This document shows positions 30,593 through 37,807 of a stretch of DNA of 37,807 nucleotides, in pieces (the first letter of the stretch is position 1; every line of letters begins with the position of its first letter). This DNA comes from a virus. Below the pieces are notes generated by a model. The model saw only the letters and a list, made by a program, of their open reading frames with translations. It made no database searches and was not told the DNA's origin. The stretch is from the IMG/VR virus record IMGVR_UViG_3300031976_000938, positions 1 through 37,807 of that record. One strand, written 5' to 3'. Both the position numbers and the translations under genes were made by a program.

Positions 30593-32528
30593 CCCATCCA
30601 CGCTGCCGATAATACGACAGATTGAAGGCCAGCCGGTTGCGCGATCGCTAAGCGTTGAGCGCGAAACGATCGACGAAGAAAACCGCACGGTCGAGATGTC
30701 GGCCACCAGCGAGTACCCGGTGCAGCGCTGGTTTGGCATGGAAGTGCTTGATCACAGTCAAGGCGCGATTGACTGGACTCGAATGCGCTCCGGCGCGCCG
30801 CTGCTTGCCCAGCATGATCGCTGGTCGACTAAGGGGCAGGTCGGCGTCGTCGAGGAAGCCTGGCTGGATGATGACCGGCGCATGCGTGTGCGTGTGCGGT
30901 TCTCAAAAGGCAAAGAAGCCGAGGAGATTTGGCGCGACGTAGTGGATTTGATCCGACGCAACGTGTCGTGCGGATATCTGCCGCTAGAAATGGTGCTTGA
31001 ACGTCGCGAAGGCGATACCGAGCACTTCCGAGTAACCCGCTGGCAGCCGTTTGAAATTTCCATTGTATCGGTTGCCGCCGACCCCACGGTCGGCATCGGT
31101 CGATCAAATGACCACACCACCAGCACTATCACTATTCGAGGATCGGAAATGCCGAAGCCGAACGAAAACACCAACACGACTACCACCACAACCCAGCCTA
31201 GCGGCAACGGCAACGGCGGCGGCGAGCATCAAGAGCCGACCACGCGCACGTTTGCTGAGCCAAAAGACGATGCACTGGCAAAAGAGCGTCAGCGTAGCGC
31301 CGATATCCTCGCGCTGGGCGAGCGTTTTAACCAGCGTGATCTTGCACTGCAGTCGGTCACTCAGGGAATCTCGGTCGATAGCTTCCGCGCCCAGGTGCTG
31401 GAGCGACAGCACCCGACGCCGATTGAAACCAACCCTGGTGGAAGCCAGCGCGATTTGCCGCAGTTTAATCACCAGAAGCCTGGTCAGGATGTCGAAAAAC
31501 TAGGCATTACCGAGCGCGACATGAGCCGCTTCTCGCTGCTGCGGGCGATCAACGCCATGGCCACCGGCGACTACAAGGACGCAGGCTTCGAGCGCGAGGT
31601 GTCCAACGCTATCGCTGATGAGTGCGGCACGGAAGCGCGTGGCTTGTACATGCCTCACCAGGCGCTGTTCAGCAATGGCCAGCTCCGTCAGCAAGAAAAG
31701 GCAACGCCCGCAAAAGGCGGCGTGCTGGTTGATACCGACCTGCGTACCGATATGTATACCGAGATCCTAAAAAATCTCACGGTGCTGGGTTCGATGGGCG
31801 CTACGGTGCTAAGCGGCCTGCAGGGCGATGTGGACATTCCCAAGCAGCTCAGCGAGGGGAATTTCTTCTGGCTGGATGAAGATGGCGAAGCGCCGCTGAG
31901 CGATATCGATTTTGGCACCATCGGGCTGTCGCCTAAAACGATCAGCGGTGCGATCGCGATCACTCGCCGCCTGCGCAAGCAGTCCAGCATGTCGATTGAG
32001 AACCTCGTGCGCAATGAGCTGTTAAGCGGCGTCGCGGTAACGACCGATAAGGGCTACCTGTACGGCACCGGTGAAGACAACCAGCCGCTGGGCCTGATGT
32101 ATCAAACGGGCGTGCCTGGTCTCACTTACGACGATAAGTTCGGCTGGGATGATGCCGTTGACATGGAAACTCAAGTTGGCCAGGCCAACGTCAGTGCCAA
32201 CGGCATGGGCTACCTGACCAGTGTTGGTCAGCGCGGCGCGGGCAAGAAATCCTTTGTTGCGCCAGGCACTGCCGAGCGCCTCTGGCATAACAACGAGGTC
32301 AACGGCTATCGCGCGGTGGCGTCGAACCAGGTTAATCCAGACACCTGGGTTTTCGGCGACTGGGCGCAGGTCATGATTGCGCTATGGGGCGTGGTGGATC
32401 TCAAGGTGGATACATCAACCAAGGCGGCGTCTGACGGCTTGATCCTGCGCATCTTCCAGGATGTCGACGTTAACGCCCGCCGCAAAGAGGCGTTCAGCAT
32501 CGCCCGCAAAGCGGTAGCGGCGCCCTAA
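30537..32528 (+). CDS. fused prohead protease (HK97 U35/S78 family), linker/scaffold region and major capsid protein (HK97 fold)
   Basis: N-terminal PLLAQHDRWSTKGQVG and VSCGYLP (His and Ser motifs of U35 proteases). Thr/Gly-rich linker. The C-terminal about 330 aa show an HK97-type capsid pattern (...GEDNQPLGLMYQTGV...). It is one uninterrupted ORF. Confidence 0.9.
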   Translation: MPKPTTTKTKSQTPPAPTDPSTLPIIRQIEGQPVARSLSVERETIDEENRTVEMSATSEYPVQRWFGMEVLDHSQGAIDWTRMRSGAPLLAQHDRWSTKGQVGVVEEAWLDDDRRMRVRVRFSKGKEAEEIWRDVVDLIRRNVSCGYLPLEMVLERREGDTEHFRVTRWQPFEISIVSVAADPTVGIGRSNDHTTSTITIRGSEMPKPNENTNTTTTTTQPSGNGNGGGEHQEPTTRTFAEPKDDALAKERQRSADILALGERFNQRDLALQSVTQGISVDSFRAQVLERQHPTPIETNPGGSQRDLPQFNHQKPGQDVEKLGITERDMSRFSLLRAINAMATGDYKDAGFEREVSNAIADECGTEARGLYMPHQALFSNGQLRQQEKATPAKGGVLVDTDLRTDMYTEILKNLTVLGSMGATVLSGLQGDVDIPKQLSEGNFFWLDEDGEAPLSDIDFGTIGLSPKTISGAIAITRRLRKQSSMSIENLVRNELLSGVAVTTDKGYLYGTGEDNQPLGLMYQTGVPGLTYDDKFGWDDAVDMETQVGQANVSANGMGYLTSVGQRGAGKKSFVAPGTAERLWHNNEVNGYRAVASNQVNPDTWVFGDWAQVMIALWGVVDLKVDTSTKAASDGLILRIFQDVDVNARRKEAFSIARKAVAAP

Positions 32529-32550
32529 TCATTAACTAGCGGGCAGGTTT

Positions 32551-32572
32551 GGGGGCGTAAGCCCCCTTTTTT
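32551..32572 (+). terminator. intrinsic terminator after the capsid gene
   Basis: GGGGGC-gtaa-GCCCCC followed by TTTTTT. Confidence 0.8.
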
Positions 32573-32590
32573 ACGCAACAAGGAAACGAT

Positions 32591-32812
32591 ATGGCGACTG
32601 CAAAACCCTCCTCTCGTGTTGCTGTTGTGTCCCTGGGCGGGCACTGGCAATACGGTGATTTTGTAAAAAAAGGCGCGCTGACGCACATGGCCAAGCGCGA
32701 AGCGAAAGAGGCCATCGCAGCCAAGGTGGTGCGTGAAGCAACCGAGGAAGAGATCAAAAAAGCGGCAGGCACGGCAGCAAAAGGTAAAACGGCCGCTACA
32801 GGCGACGAGTAA
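32591..32812 (+). CDS. small Lys/Ala-rich head-associated protein (unknown function)
   Basis: AGGAAA RBS; 73 aa. Assigned by position only. Confidence 0.6.
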   Translation: MATAKPSSRVAVVSLGGHWQYGDFVKKGALTHMAKREAKEAIAAKVVREATEEEIKKAAGTAAKGKTAATGDE

Positions 32813-33177
32813 TGATCGGCGACGACGACTGGGATAGCTTTTTCGACCCGGACGAGATGGGTGTCTTGGTCGAGCTGCATGTTCCGGGCGAGCCGAAACC
32901 GCGTGAAACCGGCGGCATGTGGAGTCAACCGGCGGGGAGGGAGACGCTGCGCCGGGCCTACACAAATGGTGCGGGCCTGCGCATCGCTCCAGACGAGAAG
33001 CCGCTGCAGATCGCTTTGCGCGACCTGCCAAACGCCTGGCGTGAGACGCGGGTGGTTGTCGATGGTGTTGAGTACGCGATCGGCGATCTGGTCTCACTGG
33101 GCCGACTGCGTATTGAACTGATCCTCACTCCCTGGAAAGAACGGAGCGAAAACAATGGCAGCTGGCTTCGCACTTGA
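32812..33177 (+). CDS. head-tail adaptor / head completion protein (putative)
   Basis: TAATG overlap. The pattern WDSFFDPDE...VVVDGVEYAIGDL...LIL is typical of small head-tail joining proteins. Confidence 0.6.
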   Translation: MIGDDDWDSFFDPDEMGVLVELHVPGEPKPRETGGMWSQPAGRETLRRAYTNGAGLRIAPDEKPLQIALRDLPNAWRETRVVVDGVEYAIGDLVSLGRLRIELILTPWKERSENNGSWLRT

Positions 33178-33685
33178 TATCGACATGAGCGAGGCTCTGG
33201 CCCGCGCGCCGGACATCCTCAGTGCTGCCCGGCAAGATCTCGACCGTGCTGCTGACCGCGCGTTGACGAAAACCGCCAAGTGGCTGCGCACACACTCTGC
33301 GCGGGAGATCGGACGCGAGCTAAGCATCATCCAGCGTCCAATTCGCCTGCGCTTCAAGGTTTACCCGATTCGCGGTGAGCGAGAAACAAAGCTGTGGATC
33401 GGCCTTGAGCCGCTGGCCGTTCACTACCTGGGCACGCCACGCCAAACGCCTAGCGGCGTAAGCGTAGGCCGCCACGATTACGAGGGTGCGTTCGTTGACC
33501 CGATGAAAAGCCGCTCGCCTATGGTCTGGCGTCGCAAGGGCAAGGAACGACTGCCGATCGAGAAAGTTACCGAGGACTGGCAGGACGTCGCCCAGCTGGT
33601 CATTCAGCGCTGGGAACGCCGCGCCACGGCGCGTTTCATTGAGATATTTGAGCAGGAGGCGCGATATGTCCTTAGCCGTGATTGA
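33155..33685 (+). CDS. tail completion protein, lambda gpZ / HK97 gp10-like (putative)
   Basis: GGAG RBS. The run of Arg/Lys-rich segments and the ...HDYEGAFV...VWRRKGKERLPI... pattern parallel lambda gpZ (RRIPGAFIQQLKNGRWHVMQRVAGKNRYPI). Confidence 0.6.
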   Translation: MAAGFALDIDMSEALARAPDILSAARQDLDRAADRALTKTAKWLRTHSAREIGRELSIIQRPIRLRFKVYPIRGERETKLWIGLEPLAVHYLGTPRQTPSGVSVGRHDYEGAFVDPMKSRSPMVWRRKGKERLPIEKVTEDWQDVAQLVIQRWERRATARFIEIFEQEARYVLSRD

Positions 33686-34238
33686 ACAGCCATCGGAAGT
33701 TTTCGACGGCATTACCGAGACACTACTCGCCCGCATCGCTGGCATTACCGTCGGCAATTACGACGAGTTTAACGGCGTGACCGGCGACGCCATGGTGCTG
33801 ATTGAGTTCGAGCAATCGTCCCCGGCGAAGCACTCCAACGATGGCCGTCCTGGCAGCCGGTACCGAATCACCCTGCACGGCGTGGTGGCTAAGCATAGAC
33901 GTCGCGCGCCGTTGGAAGCTGTCAACTTAACCAGCGCTTTACAGCGCGTGGTAGCGGCGAAGGCTGCCCACCGCTGGGGATTCAATCACCGCGCGATCGG
34001 TGTGCCGGAGAACGTCAGCTCTGCGCCTTCTATGTTCGCCGGTGGCGAGCATGGTTATGAGGCCTGGGGCGTATCGTTCGAGCAGGTGATCTACGTCGGC
34101 GAACCGCTGGCCGATCCCGAGGCTACACCGCTGGGCGTGCCCGGTATGCCGATGATCGTCTGGAACGCCAACGACCCTGACGACCCGCGCAACATCGATA
34201 GCACCGATGACTATAGGCCTGTCTCATGCGCGCCCTGA
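33666..34238 (+). CDS. neck/tail completion protein (unknown family)
   Basis: AGGAGG 6 nt upstream of ATG 33666; the track ORF starts at 33639. Confidence 0.6.
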   Translation: MSLAVIEQPSEVFDGITETLLARIAGITVGNYDEFNGVTGDAMVLIEFEQSSPAKHSNDGRPGSRYRITLHGVVAKHRRRAPLEAVNLTSALQRVVAAKAAHRWGFNHRAIGVPENVSSAPSMFAGGEHGYEAWGVSFEQVIYVGEPLADPEATPLGVPGMPMIVWNANDPDDPRNIDSTDDYRPVSCAP

Positions 34239-34849
34239 TCGAGCAGCTGATTGGCGATCAGCTAGGGCCGTTCCAGGAACGCATGGCAGAGGCGCAATCC
34301 GGTGCAGACGATGCCCAGCGCCGCCTGCGCAACCAGGGCCGTATCGGCGTTATTTCAGCGGTTCAAGCCAAGCCGCCGCGCTGCAAGGTCCAGCACGGCG
34401 ACAACGAAACGCCGTGGATCAAGTGGCTGACGCTGCGCGCCGGTACCACTCGCGAGTGGGATCCGCCCAGCCTCGGCGAGCAGTGCCTGCTGCTGAACTA
34501 CGGCGGCGGTGATGACGGTGCCCAGGTAGCTGCGCTATGCGGGCTGTTCAGCGCTAAGCACCCGGCACCCTGGGATTCTCTGGATGTGCACGGCCGGGAA
34601 TATCCTGACGGCACGCAATTCAGCTATGACCATGCCGCGCATCGTCTGCTTTGGGAGATCGTCGCGACAAAGATCACTGCTGATCGAGAAAAGATCGAGC
34701 TAATGCACGGTAATAACGGGATTCGCATCGACGCCAGTGGCGTTCATGCGATCGGCTCAGGCCTGGATCACAACGGCACGAACGTGGGTGATAATCATGC
34801 TCACAACGGCGTGACCGGCGGGCCGTCGAATACTGGAGGCCCAATATGA
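34226..34849 (+). CDS. baseplate spike/assembly protein, P2 gpV-like
   Basis: RIGVISAV...CKVQHGDNETPWIKWLTLRAGTTREWDPPSLGEQCLLLNYGG matches the Phage_base_V pattern. Confidence 0.85.
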   Translation: MRALIEQLIGDQLGPFQERMAEAQSGADDAQRRLRNQGRIGVISAVQAKPPRCKVQHGDNETPWIKWLTLRAGTTREWDPPSLGEQCLLLNYGGGDDGAQVAALCGLFSAKHPAPWDSLDVHGREYPDGTQFSYDHAAHRLLWEIVATKITADREKIELMHGNNGIRIDASGVHAIGSGLDHNGTNVGDNHAHNGVTGGPSNTGGPI

Positions 34850-35184
34850 TCGGCATGGATCGAAACACTGGCCGCACTATTAACGACTGGGATCAATTCG
34901 TGTCACGCGTGACCCAGGTAATGACTACCCCGCTGGGGTCGCGTGAACACCGCCGCCGTTTCGGTTCCCGGGTGCCCGAGACGCTAGGCAAAAACATGAG
35001 CGACGAGCTGCTGCTAACCGCTCAGTCGCACGCTATTGACGCTTTTTATAACCCGGTTAACGGCATCGCCGATTTTCGCGTAGATAGCTGTGTGGCCAAG
35101 CGCCGCACGGATGGGCCGGGCATTCTGCTTAAATTTCGCGGCGTCTGGCGTCACGAGCGCGTGCAATTCGAGGTACAGACCTAA
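34846..35184 (+). CDS. baseplate protein, P2 gpW / gp25-like
   Basis: GMDRNTGRTINDWDQFVSRVTQVMTTPLGSREHRRRFGS parallels P2 gpW GMNRSDGLTVTDLEHISQSIGDILRTPVGSRVMRRDYGS. Confidence 0.85.
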   Translation: MIGMDRNTGRTINDWDQFVSRVTQVMTTPLGSREHRRRFGSRVPETLGKNMSDELLLTAQSHAIDAFYNPVNGIADFRVDSCVAKRRTDGPGILLKFRGVWRHERVQFEVQT

Positions 35185-36173
35185 TGCTGATTCCCGGCCA
35201 AAACCGCCTCGCGGATCCTGAGATCGTCGAGGTGCCGCCGTTCGAAGAAATGCTCGCAAATTTCAAAGCGGCAACGATTGCCCATGTAGCAGAAAGCGAT
35301 CCGGCCATGGCGGAAAAGGTTCGCGCTACTTTGGAAAGCGAGCCGGAGGTATTTACCAAATTGGTGGAAGCCGCGACAGTAATGCTACAGACCGAGCGCC
35401 GCCACCGTAATGAACAGATCAAGCAAATGCTAGCTTGGTGGGCAGAGGGCAGCAACCTGGATGCAAAGGTTGCCGACCTGGGCCTGCAGCGTCAAACGAT
35501 CACCGAAGGCGACCCGGCCGCGTTCCCCCCTGTACCGGCGGAAAAAGAAGACGATGAACGCCTACGGCTGCGCTACTTTCTCGCGCCGCACGCGCCTGCG
35601 GCTGGCTCCCGGCTGCATTACCGCGCCGAGGCATTGACGCTGGGCGATCGGGCGCTTGTGACTGTTGAAACACCAGAAACTGGCGAAGTCGTCATCCGTT
35701 ACAAGTTCGCGGGTGATACCTGGGCTGCTCAGGTGAGAGACGCCAAAGGCGTGCGCACCGGCGTCGGTGAGGTCACCGTGGCCGTGTTAGGTCGTGATGG
35801 CGATGGAACGCCCAGCGCTGAGCTACTGGAGGCCCAGCGGGCACACTTCGCTCGCAATGACGTTCGCCCGGAAACTGACGACGTTATAGTCAAAGCTGCC
35901 AGCATTTTACCTTACGAAATAGCAGCGATTGCGTATATTCATCGCGGACCGGATAGCGTCATTACAAAAGGAGAGGCTGAAAAGCGACTGCAGCGCTATG
36001 TCGACGAGCAGCATCACTTGAGCGGCATCGTTGATCCGAGCTGGATATATCATCACTTGCATAAAGCAGGCGCTGTGAGAGTAGGGCTGATCTCACCGTT
36101 GACAGCTATTATTGCAGATTGGGATGAAGCACCGTTTTGTGAACTCCTCACCATTGAAGTGAGGTACTTATGA
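35184..36173 (+). CDS. baseplate wedge protein, P2 gpJ-like
   Basis: 329 aa in the V-W-J-I order with TAATG/ATGA coupling. Confidence 0.85.
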   Translation: MLIPGQNRLADPEIVEVPPFEEMLANFKAATIAHVAESDPAMAEKVRATLESEPEVFTKLVEAATVMLQTERRHRNEQIKQMLAWWAEGSNLDAKVADLGLQRQTITEGDPAAFPPVPAEKEDDERLRLRYFLAPHAPAAGSRLHYRAEALTLGDRALVTVETPETGEVVIRYKFAGDTWAAQVRDAKGVRTGVGEVTVAVLGRDGDGTPSAELLEAQRAHFARNDVRPETDDVIVKAASILPYEIAAIAYIHRGPDSVITKGEAEKRLQRYVDEQHHLSGIVDPSWIYHHLHKAGAVRVGLISPLTAIIADWDEAPFCELLTIEVRYL

Positions 36174-36865
36174 CGCACAGTTTGCTGCCAAAAAATGCGT
36201 CAACTTTAGAGCATGCGTATGAGCGCGCTTTTTTAGAAATATTGAATGACGCTGACGCGCCTTTTCCAGGGTTACTGAACCCCTACGAGTCTCCCGTTCC
36301 GTTTCTTCCTTATTTGGCTAATGATCGAGGGGTCGAAGAGTGGGATAGCGCGGATGATAATGATAAAAAACGCCGTACAATCGCGGCGGCATGGCCTACA
36401 CAACGCTTGGCTGGAACAGGGAAAGCGATCATTACAACGCTGCAGGCGCTAAATTTTAGCGCGACGATAGTACCGTGGCACAAAGAGAAAGATCGAGCTC
36501 AGCCGTTTAGTTTGCGAATTGAGGCACATACGGGTGAAATGCTAGACGACGTTAAATCAAATCGTCTTTTCCGTCGAATACATGCAGTTAAAGCAGAACG
36601 CGATACTTTATCAATAAGTATGCTGCATAAATCTAGCATGAATGTTTACTTAGCCACTTCAGTGGCATCTGGAATTTCAACAAAAGTTTCCCCTCGTGTG
36701 TCTTTTCAGCTTAAGAAAAGTGCTATTAGTATTGCTTGCTTTCAGCATCTATCGTCTAGATACAATATAAAAGTAATGCAAAACAAAATGAACATATCTC
36801 AATCTGAAATTTTTTATTCAGCAACTTGCTATGTTCATCAACATTTAACCGTCAGATCATTGTGA
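36170..36865 (+). CDS. tail protein I (P2 gpI-like) with an atypical AT-rich C-terminal extension
   Basis: N-terminal LLPKNASTLEHAYERA parallels the gpI LLPPSST..E motif. The last about 75 aa are low-complexity and low GC. Confidence 0.8.
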   Translation: MTHSLLPKNASTLEHAYERAFLEILNDADAPFPGLLNPYESPVPFLPYLANDRGVEEWDSADDNDKKRRTIAAAWPTQRLAGTGKAIITTLQALNFSATIVPWHKEKDRAQPFSLRIEAHTGEMLDDVKSNRLFRRIHAVKAERDTLSISMLHKSSMNVYLATSVASGISTKVSPRVSFQLKKSAISIACFQHLSSRYNIKVMQNKMNISQSEIFYSATCYVHQHLTVRSL

Positions 36866-36872
36866 GGCAGTA

Positions 36873-37807
36873 ATGGCTAATTTTCCCGGTTTGGTTTTGA
36901 CTGTTGAAGGTCGATCTCTACAATCAAAGGCTCAAATAGGAACGTCGTTGACGTTCACACGCGTTGCTATCGGTGATGGTGAGAGTAATTTTCCTGATCA
37001 GATGACGCAGCTTTCTAACGAAATTCTGTCTCTTAGCATCCAGGAGTTAGAAGTTATAGGAGATGGGACATCAAAATTGCGTGTGATAATGACGAATGAG
37101 TCGCTTGGCAGTGGCTTTTTTGTTCGTGAACTAGGGCTGTATGCTGAGGATCCTGATACAAAAGAGGAGGTTTTGTATAGCTATACTAACTCTGGGGATC
37201 AGCCTGATTATCTTCCCGCCGGTGGCGGTTCAACTATAGTTGAAAATGTTTTCGATCTTTACACTGTAGTGGGTAATGCGCAGAATGTGACGGCTAGAAT
37301 TAGCGATTACATCACAATTGCAACAAAGCAAGATATTCAGAAAATTTCTCATCTTTTATTGCCGCGGGGAGGGCTGAGGCATCAATTAGCTCGAAAAAGA
37401 TCAAATGATGATGGTGATTTAGAGTGGTTTTATCCCAGTGATGAAATTGATGTTTCGGTCGTCTCGGTAGAAGAGAGGCGTATAGCTGTAGAGGCTCAGA
37501 GGACGTTTAGTTTATCAGTCGTAAGCACCAAAGGATTAGCAGTTTATGTGAACGGAGAAAGAGTCTCTCGTAGCAAGTGGACGCCTGTCACTGATGTGCA
37601 AATGCGTTTTAATTTTGATTTATCAGCAGGCGATGAAGTTATTTTTGTTCAGAATGAGGAAACGGGTGATAATTCAACGGCACGGATATCGCTAACAGGC
37701 CCATCGACTATTTATCCGGGAAGCGTGAATAGTTATGAAATTTCAGACTATGACAGTTTTTCGGAATACTCTGTTGATGTCAGTCGAGGCGATGTAAGTG
37801 TCAGCGG
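36873..37807 (+). CDS. tail fibre protein, 5' portion (ORF open at the window end; continues at 1..1361)
   Basis: ATG 36873. MANFPGLVLTVEGRSLQSKAQIGTSLTFTRVAIGDG...FVRELGLYAEDPDT..VLYSY is the conserved N-terminal tail-collar/fibre (DUF3751-type) domain of P2/Mu-type fibres. Confidence 0.85.
   Translation, partial: MANFPGLVLTVEGRSLQSKAQIGTSLTFTRVAIGDGESNFPDQMTQLSNEILSLSIQELEVIGDGTSKLRVIMTNESLGSGFFVRELGLYAEDPDTKEEVLYSYTNSGDQPDYLPAGGGSTIVENVFDLYTVVGNAQNVTARISDYITIATKQDIQKISHLLLPRGGLRHQLARKRSNDDGDLEWFYPSDEIDVSVVSVEERRIAVEAQRTFSLSVVSTKGLAVYVNGERVSRSKWTPVTDVQMRFNFDLSAGDEVIFVQNEETGDNSTARISLTGPSTIYPGSVNSYEISDYDSFSEYSVDVSRGDVSVS
37717..37807 (+). repeat. 91-bp exact duplicate of 1..91 (circular-assembly overlap)
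   Basis: Base-by-base identity checked. The overlap lies inside a coding sequence and in frame. Confidence 0.95.

Noticed and set aside
32525-33097. 190-aa and 130-aa minus-strand ORFs
   Set aside because: They are antisense to the small head genes and span a + strand terminator. Their Arg/Pro/Ala-rich composition is typical of shadow ORFs.
1-37807. Integrase, transposase, tRNA, rRNA, att-like direct repeats
   Set aside because: None were found on either strand. Their absence is consistent with an extrachromosomal linear-plasmid lifestyle maintained by protelomerase, RepA and ParA.

Overview
This window is a complete phage-plasmid genome of the N15 / VP882 / PhiHAP-1 type, a hairpin-telomere 'telomere phage'. 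It is about 58-60% GC, which fits a Halomonas-like host; the lineage and host assignments are inference from gene content, since no search was possible. The contig is circularly permuted: bases 1..91 are identical to 37717..37807, so the unique length is 37,716 bp, and the break falls inside the tail-fibre gene.

Late genes, + strand:
- Lambda-type packaging and head module (Nu1-like TerS, gpA-like TerL, gpW-like protein, gpB-like portal, and a fused HK97 protease-major capsid protein), 25978-34238.
- P2-type baseplate, fibre and contractile tail (V, W, J, I, fibre, then sheath, tube, E/E+E' frameshift chaperones, tape measure, U, X, D), 34226 through the junction to 9214.
- Dam-family methylase, 9355-10110.

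Plasmid-maintenance and immunity block:
- An uncharacterised minus-strand operon of small, translationally coupled genes, 10666-12130.
- A type Ib partition cassette (ParA plus a ParG-like RHH protein).
- A 74-bp perfect palindrome (telomere resolution site) next to a protelomerase.
- A 1349-aa RepA primase-helicase.
- A CI-like repressor, an early regulatory operon (TraR zinc finger, Q-like protein), and a lysis cassette.

No integrase, tRNA, rRNA or CRISPR array was seen.

Main second-look items:
1. Four dispersed arrays of GTAC tetramer boxes at exact 8-bp phasing, at the parA, repA, late and terminase promoters. They look like parH-type sites for the RHH protein.
2. A perfect LexA box in front of a small ORF, paired with a CI-like repressor that lacks the catalytic lysine and the Ala-Gly cleavage site. 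This suggests an SOS-antirepressor induction route.
3. A promoter-to-terminator unit of about 150 nt with no ORF, between repA and cI.
4. A late promoter followed by two tandem terminators.
5. A low-GC host-range cassette.
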